The position numbers and the translations under genes are program-made. The notes under the pieces are model-generated. The model had not been told where the DNA came from and made no database searches. It saw only the letters and a list, made by a program, of their open reading frames with translations. A DNA stretch of 63,205 nucleotides, counting the filler, from Octopus bimaculoides (lineage: Eukaryota): NCBI RefSeq assembly GCF_001194135.2. It is 6 parts of 6 records of this genome, joined end to end, with 100 filler letters (N's around TTAATTAATTAA, not from the genome) between each part and the next. Parts side by side here need not be neighbours in the genome. Positions count along the whole stretch, not along the records: positions 17,984 to 40,722 come from NC_069001.1; 5 more parts are not named here. One strand, written 5' to 3'. This document shows, piece after piece, positions 24,165 through 36,845 of this stretch; the stretch's first letter is position 1, and each line of letters starts with the position of its first letter.

Positions 24165-24832
24165 AGCTGATTTCAGCAGAAGTAGTGGATGTGTTGAGCT
24201 GCTGTACGAGGACCAAATTTCCAGGACTGGATGCTCTGTTCAACAAACTTTATCATTCTATTCCAGATTTATTCGTCATTAACTTGGAAGCATCAAATTG
24301 AGGGCACTCCCAGTGATTCGAGTCAAGGAGAGTCGATACTTCTGAAGAAGGGTCCAGAGTAGTGGTATTTATAGACAACATCAGGCCCGTAAACCTGCTA
24401 AACACGGTGTGGCTCCCAGCTGATATATCCATGAAAACTTTCACCCCAAACAATACATCATACATTGGATCAGGAACAGATTTGGTTTTAATGAGGATGC
24501 TGATCAATTTGGATCAGTCCAAAGTTTACAAAAGGGTCAACCATCATTATCTGAAGCTATCCTAAATGCAGCTGGTTTTGGTCCCGTCTTCAGAGACTGG
24601 GTCACTACACCAGTATCTGTTTGGCAATCAAAATAAATAACCACTTGTTGGGGCGGTTTCACATCAAATGCTAAGTCCATCAAGACTGTTTCCTCTCTTG
24701 TGTTTTGGTGCTGGAGTAACAGATTAGAGACTTTGAAAAACATCCTGATTGAAGTTGGATGTAGAAGTTTGTCTGCATATGCAGACAATATCACCTTTGT
24801 GGTGTTGGGTACTTCAGAAACTGAGGTGTTGG
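24165..24832 (+). mobile_element. Degenerate L1/Tx1-clade reverse transcriptase fragment
   Basis: TKFPGLDAL (KSPGLDGL), LINLDQSKVYKRVNHHYL (LDQSKAFDRV), AAGFGPVFRDW, LSAYADNIT (YADD); frameshifted. Confidence 0.8.
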
Positions 24833-25062
24833 GCAGCAAGCTGACAGAAACGTTACCCCACCGGGCGAAATGCTTAGCGGTATTTCGTCTGCTGTAACAT
24901 TCTGAGTTCAAATTCCGCCGAGGTCAACTTTGCCTTTCATCCTTTCGGGGTCGATAGATTAAATACCAGTTGAACACTGGGATTAATGTAATCGACTTAA
25001 TCCCTTTGTCTGTCCTGGTTTGTCCCCTCTATGTTTAGCCCCTTGTGGGCAATAAAGAAATA
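24831..25062 (+). mobile_element. Family A SINE with alternative 3' tail
   Basis: Clean head and core, followed by ttgtctgtcctggtttgtcccctctatgtttagccccttgtgggcaataaagaaata. Confidence 0.85.
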
Positions 25063-25201
25063 GGAAACTGAGGAGTTGGCAGGACAGGTTAGCTGATTAA
25101 ACAGGTAGACTGCTTGGGCCGGATATAGCTAGTTTAAATGCTAAAGGGTTAAACTCACCAACATTTCCTGGTTGGTGTTGTGGCCTTGTGCCTATAATAA
25201 A

Positions 25202-25246
<45 letters not shown>

Positions 25247-25257
25247 TATTATTACTC

Positions 25258-25415
25258 TACACTCTCGGAGTGGTTGACGTTAGGAAGGGCATCCAGCTGT
25301 AGAAACTCTGCCAAATCAGATTGGAGCCTGGTGTCGCCTCCTGGTCCACCAGTCCTCAGTCAAATCGTCCAACCCATGCTAGCATGGAAAGCGGACGTTA
25401 AACGACGATGATGAT
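25258..25415 (+). mobile_element. RTE-type LINE/SINE 3' tail ending in (GAT)n
   Basis: ggaagggcatccagctgtagaaactctgcc...ccaacccatgctagcatggaaagcggacgttaaacgacgatgatg; copies near 18405, 20800, 30062, 32293, 32870, 43143. Confidence 0.85.
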
Positions 25416-26379
25416 TACTATTATTAAGGAAGAGACTCATTAAAGCAGCAGAAAAAATATGCCTTGTGGCATCTGTTCCAGCTCTTTGCTTTCTGAGCTC
25501 AAATCCTTCCAAGGTCATCATTGCCTTCCATCCATTCAGGGTCAACGAAAATACAATATCAATCAAGAGCTGGGGCCCCCCACCCCCCATAAGCCAGTAG
25601 CCCCTTCCTCTGTAAGAAAGCTGGTTCTGTGACTAAATCAGAAAATCGTTGTTGCTGCTGTTGTTGTTGATGCCATTGTTGTTGTTGGTATTGTAAATGT
25701 TGTTGCTGTTCTCGATCATGGTATTTTAGACGAGATTATTAATCGGATCAGAGTGGAAGAGACAATCAGCCGATCAAATGTCAAGCATAATGCCAGAGAC
25801 ATAGAAACTCTTTGTGTCATTAAGAGATGAGATCCTAATGGACACACAAAGACAGGATGGTTAGACAATCCGGATGATGGCCGCGTCTACGATTCCACCC
25901 TCTCCCCTCGGTTCCACTCACTTACTGCGTTCTACATAATGGTGTCCTAGAGAAGGATTAAGTAGCAATGTTATCAAGAAATATCATCATCATCATCATC
26001 ATCACCAGTAACTTCATGGTCAATATCATCATCATCATCATCATCATAGGATTATTTACTATCAGCATCACCATTGTTGTCATATACCACCATCATCATT
26101 GCAGTCGTCATCATTGTCATCATCTTCCTCCTCCTCCTTGTCATCATCATCACCCTTGTTGTAAGTATTGTGGTTACTGTCATTGTTGTCATCATTTTCA
26201 CTGACATCAACACCATCATCTTCCTATATAGTTGTGGTCACAACTCACCACTGCCACCGCCACCACCACTTCCATTAAGGAGTTGATGATGACGATTATG
26301 AAGATGATGATGATGATTATGAAGATGATGATGGTGATGATGAGGATGATTATGATGATGATGGCAGTTATTATTTAAA

Positions 26380-26720
26380 CATGGTGCAGCTGTTTGGTAC
26401 ATCAAGTGGTTTCCAAAGAGTCCGAAATGACACAATGGACAAAACAAGATCAGTGACGAAATAAGATGTAGAAGCTGGAACTGGACTGGACACGTCCACA
26501 GACAAGATTGAGAAAGCGATTGTATGGTAGTCCTAAAGTGGCCGTCTGAGGGGGCAAAGAGCAGCAGGGTGCCTTGATATCACATGGTGAAGGGTCATTG
26601 ACAAGGAAAGGAGACGAGAAGTGGGGAGAAGCTCGAATGAAACCAGAACAGTGGCACAAAACAGAGCTGGTCGGAGAGATCTTGTTGTGACCTTCTGTAT
26701 CAAACGGCCCAGAGAGAACT
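26380..26720 (+). mobile_element. Degenerate RTE(-X-like) LINE ORF 3' end
   Basis: EIRCRSWNWTGHV..SDCMV.LKWPSEG..W.RVIDKER..NRAGRRDLVVTFC resembles the RTE C-terminus. Confidence 0.7.
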
Positions 26721-27460
26721 GACTGACCAACAAATATTATCTAATGTGTCATTCCTCTATATTTTTTTATTTAAATACTTTGACATGATTAACAAGGTAC
26801 AGGAGAGGACAGTGATCTGGCTGGTATTTCTAGCAGACTGAACAACCACATAGATACTACCCAGATTCCAACAGAGCACTCTAAGCCACTGACCACACAA
26901 GGTCCTGCCCTAATCAACAACAAGCAAAATCAAAAACGGATAAAAAAGAAAAAAGGAAAAAAAACAACCAACCAAAATCATTGTATTTACATGAAATCCA
27001 TATCATCATAAATCTTAATCTCAGATAGCTCTACTGAACAGATCTCAGTAATCTTTTAAGAGGCAATATTCTAAATTTTCAACAGATTATTATTATTATT
27101 ATCATTTTTGACATCAGCAACATCGATATTGCATGAGTGAATTATTATGTGAGGTTAGAGAGAAATGAATGCTGAAAATATGTGTGAAAGAGTAAGAGCT
27201 TGTGCAAGTTGCCAAGGCAGTTTATTTAAACTGGAGAATGGGTATCAGAGTGGAAATGCCAAATGAAAAATACACACACACACATATAGAAAGAAATAAA
27301 CACACAATACAGCAAGTAAAGTATTAAAAATAACCGTTAACGGATATGGATATATAAACGCCCTCGCGTAAGTTGTATGGCAGACGTACACTGGCTCCTT
27401 CTGTAAAGATAAGCCTGAATCACGATGGCAGTGAGAGTAGGAGAGAAAAACAGGTCTTAC

Positions 27461-27606
27461 CTTGGAATTTTAAACAATGCTCTCATAGGGTGCTGCTCAG
27501 AAAGGGGTGGGTCACCATCGGCTAATTCAATTGCAGTGACCCCTAGTGACCAAACATCACACCGAATGTCATAGACATAATCAAGTTGTTGCTCACATGC
27601 AATTAC
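27461..27606 (-). CDS. MYO3: Myosin III kinase-domain exon: [48 protein letters not shown](R)
   Basis: 146-nt exon; acceptor ttttctccttttgcag, donor gtaaga; [14 protein letters not shown] and DGDPPL match MYO3 rather than MAP4K/TNIK (VIACDENP..EGAPPL). Confidence 0.93.
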
Positions 27607-27636
27607 CTGCAAAAGGAGAAAATATCAACTCATTAG

Positions 27637-27639
<3 letters not shown>

Positions 27640-27670
<31 letters not shown>

Positions 27671-27810
27671 GGGGTTTGTGTTTGTCCCCCGCCACTGCTT
27701 GACAACCAGTGCTGGTGTGTTTACATTCCCCTAATCTAGCAGTTTGGCAAAAGAGATTGACAGAACAAATATCACGCTTAAAAAAGGAAATAAATCCTGG
27801 GGTGAATTTG
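27640..27810 (+). mobile_element. Family B SINE 3' half after (TG)n
   Basis: tttgtcccccgccactgcttgacaaccagtgctggtgtgtttac... Confidence 0.7.
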
Positions 27811-28169
27811 TTTGATGCAGCAAAGTGGATGCGAACTATTTTGGAAGATAAACTTATTGATTGAGTAAACATCACAAGATGCTGAACGGATGAACAATCA
27901 ACAAACGGTCAATGGCCAGGATCAAACATTTCAGTTAATGAACCACCGTTATCTTCTGTAGTCATTACATGCAACAGATGAGACAATCAGTTTATTGAAA
28001 GACTAATATGACAAGTTGTTCCAAGTAAGTTGCTCAACTGGATGATGATGATGATGGTGGTGGTGGTGGTGGTGATGGAGGCAGTGCTAGTAGTAGTGGT
28101 TAGTGGTAATGGTGATGATGATGATGATGGGAGATCACGTAACAGAAATCCATCAGACATTTGAGGACT

Positions 28170-28430
28170 CTTCAAGATGATGGCACAAGACTTCTTTGTA
28201 CATCTTGAGAATGCTAGACCCAAGCATCTCAATGCAAAGAAGCCATCAACGAGGTTGAAAGCCACCTCTTCTACCTTGTTCCAACAATGACACATGACTC
28301 AGAGAGGTCAGGTACTTCAAGTACCTTGGCTCCTATGTTGCTGGCCATAAGAAGAACGTCCTGATATGCAAGGGACAAGCCTAGAGTTCCTGTAACAAAC
28401 TCCAAAACATCTTGCAATCAAGTACTTCCA
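28170..28430 (+). mobile_element. Degenerate RTE LINE RT-region fragment
   Basis: AQDFFVHLENA..HLNAKK; YFKYLGSYVA..KGQA.SSCNKL. Confidence 0.7.
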
Positions 28431-28534
28431 AGTGAACAGGGCTGGCCTTCTTCAGGGAATGCAATAGAGAGACAAAACCTGAACTATGATGAAACAACTT
28501 CAAGATGGTCTTAATTATATTTATAATATATCTT

Positions 28535-28690
28535 TTATCTTTAACCTGCTTCAGTCATTAGCCTGTGGCCATGCTGGGGCACCGCTTTCAATTTTTAGCC
28601 AAATGAATCAAGCCTAGGACCTTGTTTTCCAGCCTGATACTTATTCTGTTGGTCCCTTTTGCCAAACTGTGGTTCTACAGCCAATCCTAC
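28535..28690 (-). mobile_element. Family B SINE 3' fragment
   Basis: ttcagtcattagcctgtggccatgctggggcacc. Confidence 0.65.
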
Positions 28691-30459
28691 TTCCTGCAAA
28701 ATCACTTGATATATATACACACACACACACATATATACATATATATATTTGAAAAATTATATATATATATATATATATATGCATATATGCATATATGCAT
28801 ATATGCATAGTATGCATATACATGTCTCTCTCTCTCTATATATATATATACACACACACATTCATATATACTTATGTAGATTCACACATGTGTATATCTG
28901 TGTATGGATGTTCATGTATGCATAATTTCAATTTCAACTTTTTTTCTTTACAAAAAAGAAACATTTCAACAATAAATAGTTTAATCAGGACAAATTCAAA
29001 ATGGAAGAAGGTGTTTCCAGTCGTTTGCGTCTCCTCTTCCTCTCCGGTTGTTTTGCTACAATTTATATTGATTACATGCATCAATTGACTGAAATCTACT
29101 AAAAACCATAAAAACTACATTTATCAGTGAATTCAATCCTTCTTTATGGCATCCAGTAAGTATTAATTGACAGTTAAGTAGTCACGTCCCTGCCTGTTCT
29201 AGTTTCATTACCAGCCAGTTCGATTTTTACTGCAATGTGATATCAGAACATTTTTTCTACATCATTTTTTTGTTTTGTTTCTGCTTTGTTTTCCTCCACC
29301 AACTTCATCCTTTTCCATGTGTGTGTGTGTGTGTGTATACATATACATACATACTTACATATATACACACACACAAACGTATGCATGTATATGCACACAC
29401 ACACATAGAGAAAAATTGTTTGTCGTCGTCACAATAATCATCATCATCTACCACATCAGCATCATCATCATCATCTGCTTCTTCTCTGTCACTCTTTGTC
29501 AGCTCATCTGCCAACCTTATCTTCATCCAGACTGCCAACCGCATTTATCACACTCACCCCTTCACCACCTACACCACCACCAGCATCTCCTCTAACTGCA
29601 CCACCAACCCCCAACCACATTAACCCTCCCCCATTCACTCATCGCCACCTCCACCACCTACACTGCACCTATATCCTTCCCACTCCTCTAAGAAACCACC
29701 AACGACGCCTTCACATGCTTCTTTGCCAAGCTAGGAACAGCAGCCAAATCTCTCTCAAGTAAAATACCCACCATGGGAGAGGAAAGGCTTGCAGCCCAGA
29801 GTCGAGGGTGATGCTCCAGAGGGAGTTAAAGGTTTAATGAAGAAGTGAACGTCCTCCTTCGTTTGAGTAAACCCTGAAGAACAAAACCCTACCCAAAAAC
29901 TCAAATTGCAAATAAATAGCTCATTGGAGACCTAAACTGGGGAAAGGGGACAGCATGATTGTCATCAATTGAGACAAAATTGGACACCAAATAAAAGAAA
30001 TATATGAAGTAAGCTTACTAACACTATTGTGTCACCAAAGACTGGGTGTTTGATCTGACTGGTATCATCATCATCATCGTCGTCATTTAATGCTGGTAAA
30101 GCAAGAACTGTACCAGGTTCCACTGTCTGTTTTGGCATGGCTTCTACAGCTGGATACCATTCCTAATGCCAACGACTTTACAGCATGTAGTGAGTGTTTC
30201 TTATCATCACCAGTGCTTTCTATGTGGCACCATCATCAGTGGTTTTTACATTCTAGAAAATAACATCTGCTTCAAGTATTTACTTTTAACTGTAGTTAAA
30301 GTCCTCATAGTTTGGTGGAGAACAAGAAAGAGGGTTTTGCTTAGTTTATTTTGTTTTTAAATAACACCAGAACATAAACAAGGCATGCAAGTGAGACGAG
30401 ATGTAAAAATAAAGTTAATGACTTAACACATGGGTTGTCCAGTGTGACAGACCACTTAC

Positions 30460-30536
30460 CTCTGGTGCCATCCAATAGGGGGTGCCTACAGAAGTCCTTC
30501 TGTTTGCTAGAGAATGATCAAGTAAGCCTGAAACAC
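30460..30536 (-). CDS. MYO3: Myosin III kinase-domain exon (activation loop): (G)VSGLLDHSLANRRTSVGTPYWMAPE
   Basis: 77-nt exon; acceptor tttttcttttatctttcag, donor gtaagt; in phase with the 100-nt exon; GTPxWMAPE STE20-type motif. Confidence 0.93.
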
Positions 30537-30769
30537 CTGAAAGATAAAAGAAAAATTACATATATATACACACACACATATATATATATATATACATTAT
30601 ATATATTCTTCACAAGTTATGAAACTGACAAATGAAAATTTTTTTTGTAAATATAATTAAGTTCTCACTGTTTATATTGATGATAGAAAAAAAATCATCA
30701 AATATTGAGGCATGTACATTCAAGACCATTAAAAACAGGTATTAGTACATGTGGGAATTGAACCACATC

Positions 30770-31690
30770 TCGCTGAGCTGGCAGAATTGTTAGCATGCTG
30801 ACCAACATGCATAGCTGAATTTCATCTGTCATTGCATTCAGGGTTCAAATTCCGCCAAGGTCGATTTTGTCTTTCACCCTTTTAACAGTTGATAAAATCA
30901 GTACCATTTCAGCATTGGGATCGATGTAATTGACTGACACCCTTCCCTAAACTTCTGGCTTTGAGCCGAAACTTGAAATTACACCAAGGCAGACTTTAAC
31001 TTTTATCCTTTCAGGGTCAATAAATTAAGTACCAGTGAAACACTGGGGATCGATGTAATTGACTAGTTGCCTCCCACCAAATTTCAGGCCTTGTGTCTTC
31101 AGGCCTTGCGAACCCTGCTGTACTCTTCCACCACAACTTTCTCTCACTCTTACTTCCTGTTTCTGTTGTGCCTGTAATTCAAAGGAGTCAGCCTTGTCAT
31201 ATTGTGTCACATTGAATCTCCCCAAGAACTACGTTAAGGGTACACGTGTCTGTGGAGTGCTCAGCCACTTGCACGTTAATTTCACGAGCAGGCTGTTCCG
31301 CTGATCGGATCAACTGGAACCCTCATCGTCGTAACCGACAGAGTGCCACGATATATATATAAATATATATGTGTGTATATATATGTGTGTATATAAATGT
31401 ACATAATTACATATATATATGTAACTGGCATTCCGTCAGTTATGATGATGAATGTTCTAGTTAACCTAATCGATGGAACAGCCTGCTTGTGAAATTAATG
31501 TGCATGTAGCTGGGTACTCCACAGACAGACATCCCATAACATAGTTCTCAGATAGATTCAGCATGGCACAGGATGAGACAAGTTTGGTTCTTTGAAATAC
31601 AGGAATAACTCATTTTTGCCGGCTGAGTGGACTAGAACAATGTGAAATAAAGTGTCTTGCCCAAGGACACAATGCACTACCAATATTAGT
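30770..31690. mobile_element. SINE pile-up: family A (+, 30770-31100), family C 3' half (+, 31105-31350), family C (-, 31425-31690)
   Basis: Homology to other copies in the window. Confidence 0.8.
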
Positions 31691-32292
31691 TCGAATAGTC
31701 ACATTAGTATTCATAATCTATATCTATTTATTTAGATAATTTGAAGTGGAGTGTGTGTTTGTGTGTTTGTATGTGTGTCTGTGCGTGTGTGTATTTGTGT
31801 GTATACATGTATGCTAAGAGTGCTGGAGTATTCTCAATTTTATAATAAATTTCTAATTTTTTATATTTTTAAATCCTATTTTTTTTTTTGTAATTTTTGT
31901 TTTACTGATTTTCAGTTTTTTAATTTTTGTTTTTCAACCTCTTTTTTTTTATCAAATTATTTTCTTTTTCTCAATTAAATTTTCTATTTTTAGTCTGTAT
32001 TTTAAAATTTTGTTTTCTTTCAAATATTTTTGTAACTTTGTTTTTCACAAGTTTTTTTTTGTTTTTTTTGTTTTATACTTATCTATTCTATTCATTATAA
32101 GACAAGTTTTCAACAAAAAAGTGAGGAAATATTTATTGAAGTAGAAATAATTAGAAGGAATGGTTGTTTTTATCATTTATAAAGATTTTCTTTGTATTTT
32201 TCTTTGGAATTCCAATATATTTATCCCATCATGCACCACCCACAGAGTGCTGACAACCACGCCCCTTTTATTCAACTTTCACTTTCAAATAT

Positions 32293-32995
32293 CATCATCG
32301 TTTAACGTCCGCTTTCCATGCTAGCATGGGTTGGACGATTTGACTGAGGACTGGCAAGCCAGAAGGCTGCACCAGGCTCCAATCTGATTTGGCAGAGTTT
32401 CTACAGCTGGATGCCCTTTCTAATGCCAACCACTCCGAGACTGTAGTGGGTGCTTTTACGTGCCACTGGCACGAGGGCCAGTCACATGGTACTGGCAACA
32501 GCCACGCTCAAAAAGGTGTTTTTTACGTGCCAGTGGAAATTGAACCGGTGACTGTATTAGATAATAACGCATTAAGACAATATGACTCTCCCCATACATG
32601 AACATACATATACACTTAAACAAATACAAAATTAAACACATAGAAACACACACACACACATTTCTATATGGTTAAGAAGTTTGTTTTCCAGCCATGTGGT
32701 TTTGGGTTCAGTCTCCCCTGTGAGGCACCATGGGCTAGTGTCTTCTACTATAGCCATGGGTCAACCAGAGCCTTGTGAGTAGATTTGGTAGATGGAAACT
32801 GAAAGAAGTCCATCGTATGTGTGTGTGTGGGGGGATAAGAATAAACATAAGTTGAGAAATATTACCTTGCTTGAAAAGAGGTGAGGGTTGGTGACAGGAT
32901 GGGCATCCAACCATTGAAACAGGAAAAAATTTGCTTCAATGAATTCCATCTGACTCAGGCAAGCACGAAAAACCGGATAATAAAATGATGATGAG
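32293..32995. mobile_element. RTE tail (-, 32293-32530), family B SINE 5' half (+, 32655-32820), RTE tail (+, 32870-32995)
   Basis: Homology to 25258-25415 and 17386-17560. Confidence 0.8.
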
Positions 32996-33434
32996 GAGCT
33001 TCCACACAGTTTCCATCAACTAATCAAAAGGAACTGCTCAGCCTGGGGCTATGGTAGAAGATACTTCGACAAGATGCTGAACAGTGGAATTGATCCCAGA
33101 CTCACATAGTTATGAAACAAATTTGCCATGCCTAGGTTCCTCCAGGTTAAGCAACCTCATAAACACAACATGAGCATAATGTGTTCAGCATTACCTCCTG
33201 TTGCTCAATGTCTTATCAAACTCACTACGAGGCCCCATCGCTCAATACATTACCTTGTACGCTTGATACTCTGACATACAGAAACAAACAAGTCATGTGT
33301 CTCGCTCAACGAGGACAAAACCAATAAATGTGGCAAATTTTGAACTCATGAAAAGCTGGCTCAACTCCACACATGAACATGATGAGATGCTTCATAGTAC
33401 CTCTTGAAAGGAAGTCAACATCTAATCAGGTTTA

Positions 33435-33655
33435 CCACCCATTCGCGTTCAGATTAATCAGTACAATGTAATGCTCATTTATTCATTATCTTGAATTAAT
33501 CCTGCATTATCTTGTGACTTTGAGATTTTCACGATGTGTTTATTTACTTTTAGAATGACATTGTAGGGTAGGTGTGAGAGGTGAGATCTGGCCAGTTTGA
33601 TCATAAAACAGGTAGAATATTTGGGCTGGATATGATCAGTTTAAATCCTAAAGGG
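33435..33655 (-). mobile_element. piggyBac-like MITE copy
   Basis: Ends tttaaatcctaaaggg|ttaa; reverse complement of 22725-22941. Confidence 0.7.
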
Positions 33656-34097
33656 TTAACATGCTGACATATAAAAACATGTTGTGCATCTTGCTCAATG
33701 AAGACAAGACTAATAATTGTGGCAAGCTTTGGACTCATGGACAGAAATTGGTTATCCGGTAACTAAAGTACTTAACTATTGGGGTGGGGAATTCTATATA
33801 GAATTTAATAATGCAAGTGATTTATTCTATATTGGCAAGCGATTATGGACACAGGAAAAGAAGAGAAAATATAATATATAAATAATATATATGTATATAA
33901 GCGCTGCAACTTCAGGGAAGGTTTTATTTTTAATTAATTTCACTGATTTCTCATCTTCAAACAGAAGGAATATGTTTCGACATACAGTAAGAAAACGTAA
34001 TAAAGATTTTGAAAAATATGCAACAGCAAATAAAAGGAAAAACAAGAAAGGAAAACCAAAATAGAAAGAAGACATCATATTATATATACATACATAC

Positions 34098-34132
<35 letters not shown>

Positions 34133-34184
34133 CACACATGCACACACACACATATAAATATTCTATCTACCCACCTCTCTCTCT

Positions 34185-34267
<83 letters not shown>

Positions 34268-34346
34268 TATACACACATATATACATATGTATATACACAT
34301 ATATGTACACACACACATATACACATGTATATACATACAAACACAT

Positions 34347-34405
<59 letters not shown>

Positions 34406-34854
34406 CCTCATACAAAGACATGTGTGTGCATGTACATATGCAGATAACAAACACCCACGTTTCCCCCCAACACAGCTCAACTCATCTTTGCAGACAGACA
34501 CAGCATACCACGGTATACATACTCACACCCTGGAAGTGCTCGACAAGAAATTTTTAAAAAGTTCTAAAACTAATTATATTAATTGGATATGGACCTACAG
34601 CCATATCTACATCAATTAAAAAATAAAACACATAAACAGGAGGAAGGAATCTCAGATACACACATCTACATCTCCTTAATACAGAATACACCCTGACGGG
34701 TCAAAAGTAAATAGACACTTCCCATGATGCCATTTTATCTGTGTCGACTTGACTCATTAGTATAATGCTCAAATGAGTTAAAGCATTAAAAAATCCACAC
34801 AAGGCATGTCTACTAATTACTAGATTAATTATTTAAATGAATCAAAGGATATTA

Positions 34855-35285
34855 TTTTGTTTATCTTTAATATTTCTGCTTGTTTCAGTCATTAGACTGT
34901 GGCCATGCTGCAGCACCATCTTCAGGAATTTTTGGTCGAGTGAACTAACCCTGGTACTTATTTTTTTAAAGCCTGGTACTTATTCTATTGGTCTCTATTG
35001 CTGAACTGCTAAGTTATGAGGGGACATAAACACACCAACCCCAGTTATTGAGTGGTGATGGGGGACATCCATAGACACACACACACAGGTATGCACAGAC
35101 ACGCACACATATATACATACGACGGTCTTCTTTCAGTTTCTGTCTATCAAATCCACTCTGAAGTCTTTGGTAAGCCCAAAGCTATAGTAGAAAAGACTTA
35201 CCTAAGGTGCCACACAGTAGGACTGAGCCCAGAACCATGTGATTGGAAAGCAAGTTTCTTACCACACAGCCACACCTACACCCTA
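34855..35285 (-). mobile_element. Full-length family B SINE with internal (CA)n
   Basis: Both halves present around the microsatellite at ~35070-35120. Confidence 0.85.
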
Positions 35286-35463
35286 CACCTATTTCTAGAA
35301 ATAAATCTTTCAAAAAACGATGGAGTCTATTTACTTTTGAGATGTCTATGCATCAGAAAACACCCCCCCCCCTTATAAATAACGCTTAATGCTTAACGAA
35401 TATACAAGATGGAGGTCTGTTCTGTTTAAGAATTACATGGTTGATTGTCAAAGAAACACTTAC

Positions 35464-35563
35464 CAAAGTCGACCAGTTTGATGGAACCATCACTTGTCAT
35501 TAGGATGTTGTGTCCTTTGATATCCCGATGCATATAATGACATTTATGCATATGATTAATGGC
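35464..35563 (-). CDS. MYO3: Myosin III kinase-domain exon (catalytic loop to DFG): AINHMHKCHYMHRDIKGHNILMTSDGSIKLVDF(G)
   Basis: 100-nt exon; acceptor ttcttccattgcag, donor gtaagt; HRDxKxxN and DFG motifs; phase 0 start, phase 1 end. Confidence 0.93.
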
Positions 35564-35809
35564 CTGCAATGGAAGAAGTAAAAACATGATAAATTCTGTT
35601 AGAAATGGAGCTTGTTTGGCCTTAACTTCATTATTTCAGTTTCAATTATTATTTTATGTGTCAGGTTAAAAGATGTTTCATTTGATATAAACTCAATACT
35701 TTTGATTGGTAGTGTTAATTTCTTTGCTTTTCGTTCATTTTATTTCGTTAGCTCTTTCCTTTTTTGTTAAAACCTTGTAAATTATAGCTTTTTTGTAGTG
35801 TGCTCATGG

Positions 35810-35863
<54 letters not shown>

Positions 35864-36395
35864 CTGATGATGATATACACACACACACACATCAACTGGT
35901 GAAAGAGAAGATTCTGGCAAATATTCAGTTATTATATATGTATACATATGTGTGTATGCGTATACACACACACACACTGTGTGGGATAGATAAATAGGCA
36001 TGTTTGTGTGTGAGTGTGTGTGTATGTGAGTGTAAAGGAAAACATGTTTAAACATCAAATATTAAGCTTTCTATTCCAAGTTTCCAGCACAAATAAAAAA
36101 AAATAAACATACAAATATATATATGTGTGGTTTATTCAAATTTCGGCAATTTTCCAGCCAAAAAATACTGTACATTTAAGACAAACTAATGAGGAAGCCT
36201 CTATGTTGTCACTTGAGATGATAGAAATAGCAACCGAATTTCCCCCAAATCACATACTAACCAATCTATCATGACTGTATATTTCATCAAAAACCCCATT
36301 GCCCAAGGACCAGAAAATAATCTCACAGCAATATATATCACATGAAAGCGACACATAATCAAAAAGTATCTCCAAGAAGGATTGGAGGAATATGT

Positions 36396-36434
<39 letters not shown>

Positions 36435-36564
36435 GCACACACACACATACTTAATACACAAACATATATATACACACATTCGAACATATATGATGCATTA
36501 TAACTTAAATCTGGACACACACACACACACACAAAAGTGCCCATACATACACAATTATGCACAA

Positions 36565-36845
36565 AGACAAACAAACACACAGACTGACACACATACAGAA
36601 AGACAGACCTACACACAGACAGACAGACCTACACACAGACAGGCAAACATACACGGAGAAAGACAGACCAACACACAGACATACAAACACACAAAGACAG
36701 ACATACACAGATAGACCTACACACAAACATACCCAGAGACAAACATACACAGACAAACATACAAACAGACAGGCATATGCACAGACAGACCGACACACAG
36801 GCAAACATACACACAGACAGATATGCACACAGACAGACAGACTGT
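36565..36845. repeat. Degenerate ACAG/ACAC compound repeat
   Basis: Directly visible. Confidence 0.85.

Noticed and set aside
25912-25955. 21-nt minus-strand micro-exon candidate with gtaagt donor
   Set aside because: Does not encode the expected next MYO3 exon (NPPP..W); too short to support
28975-29068. Minus-strand KQPERKRRRKRLETPSSILNLS* resembling an NLS-bearing terminal exon
   Set aside because: Lies between two consecutive MYO3 exons, in an incompatible phase; other frames and the plus strand are also open, so likely chance
36262-36395. Minus-strand 134-nt open segment with gttagt donor, in phase with the first MYO3 exon
   Set aside because: Translation (DIFLQSFLEILFDYV...HDRL) lacks the expected GGSVT/alpha-E kinase sequence, and the acceptor is (TA)n-AAG
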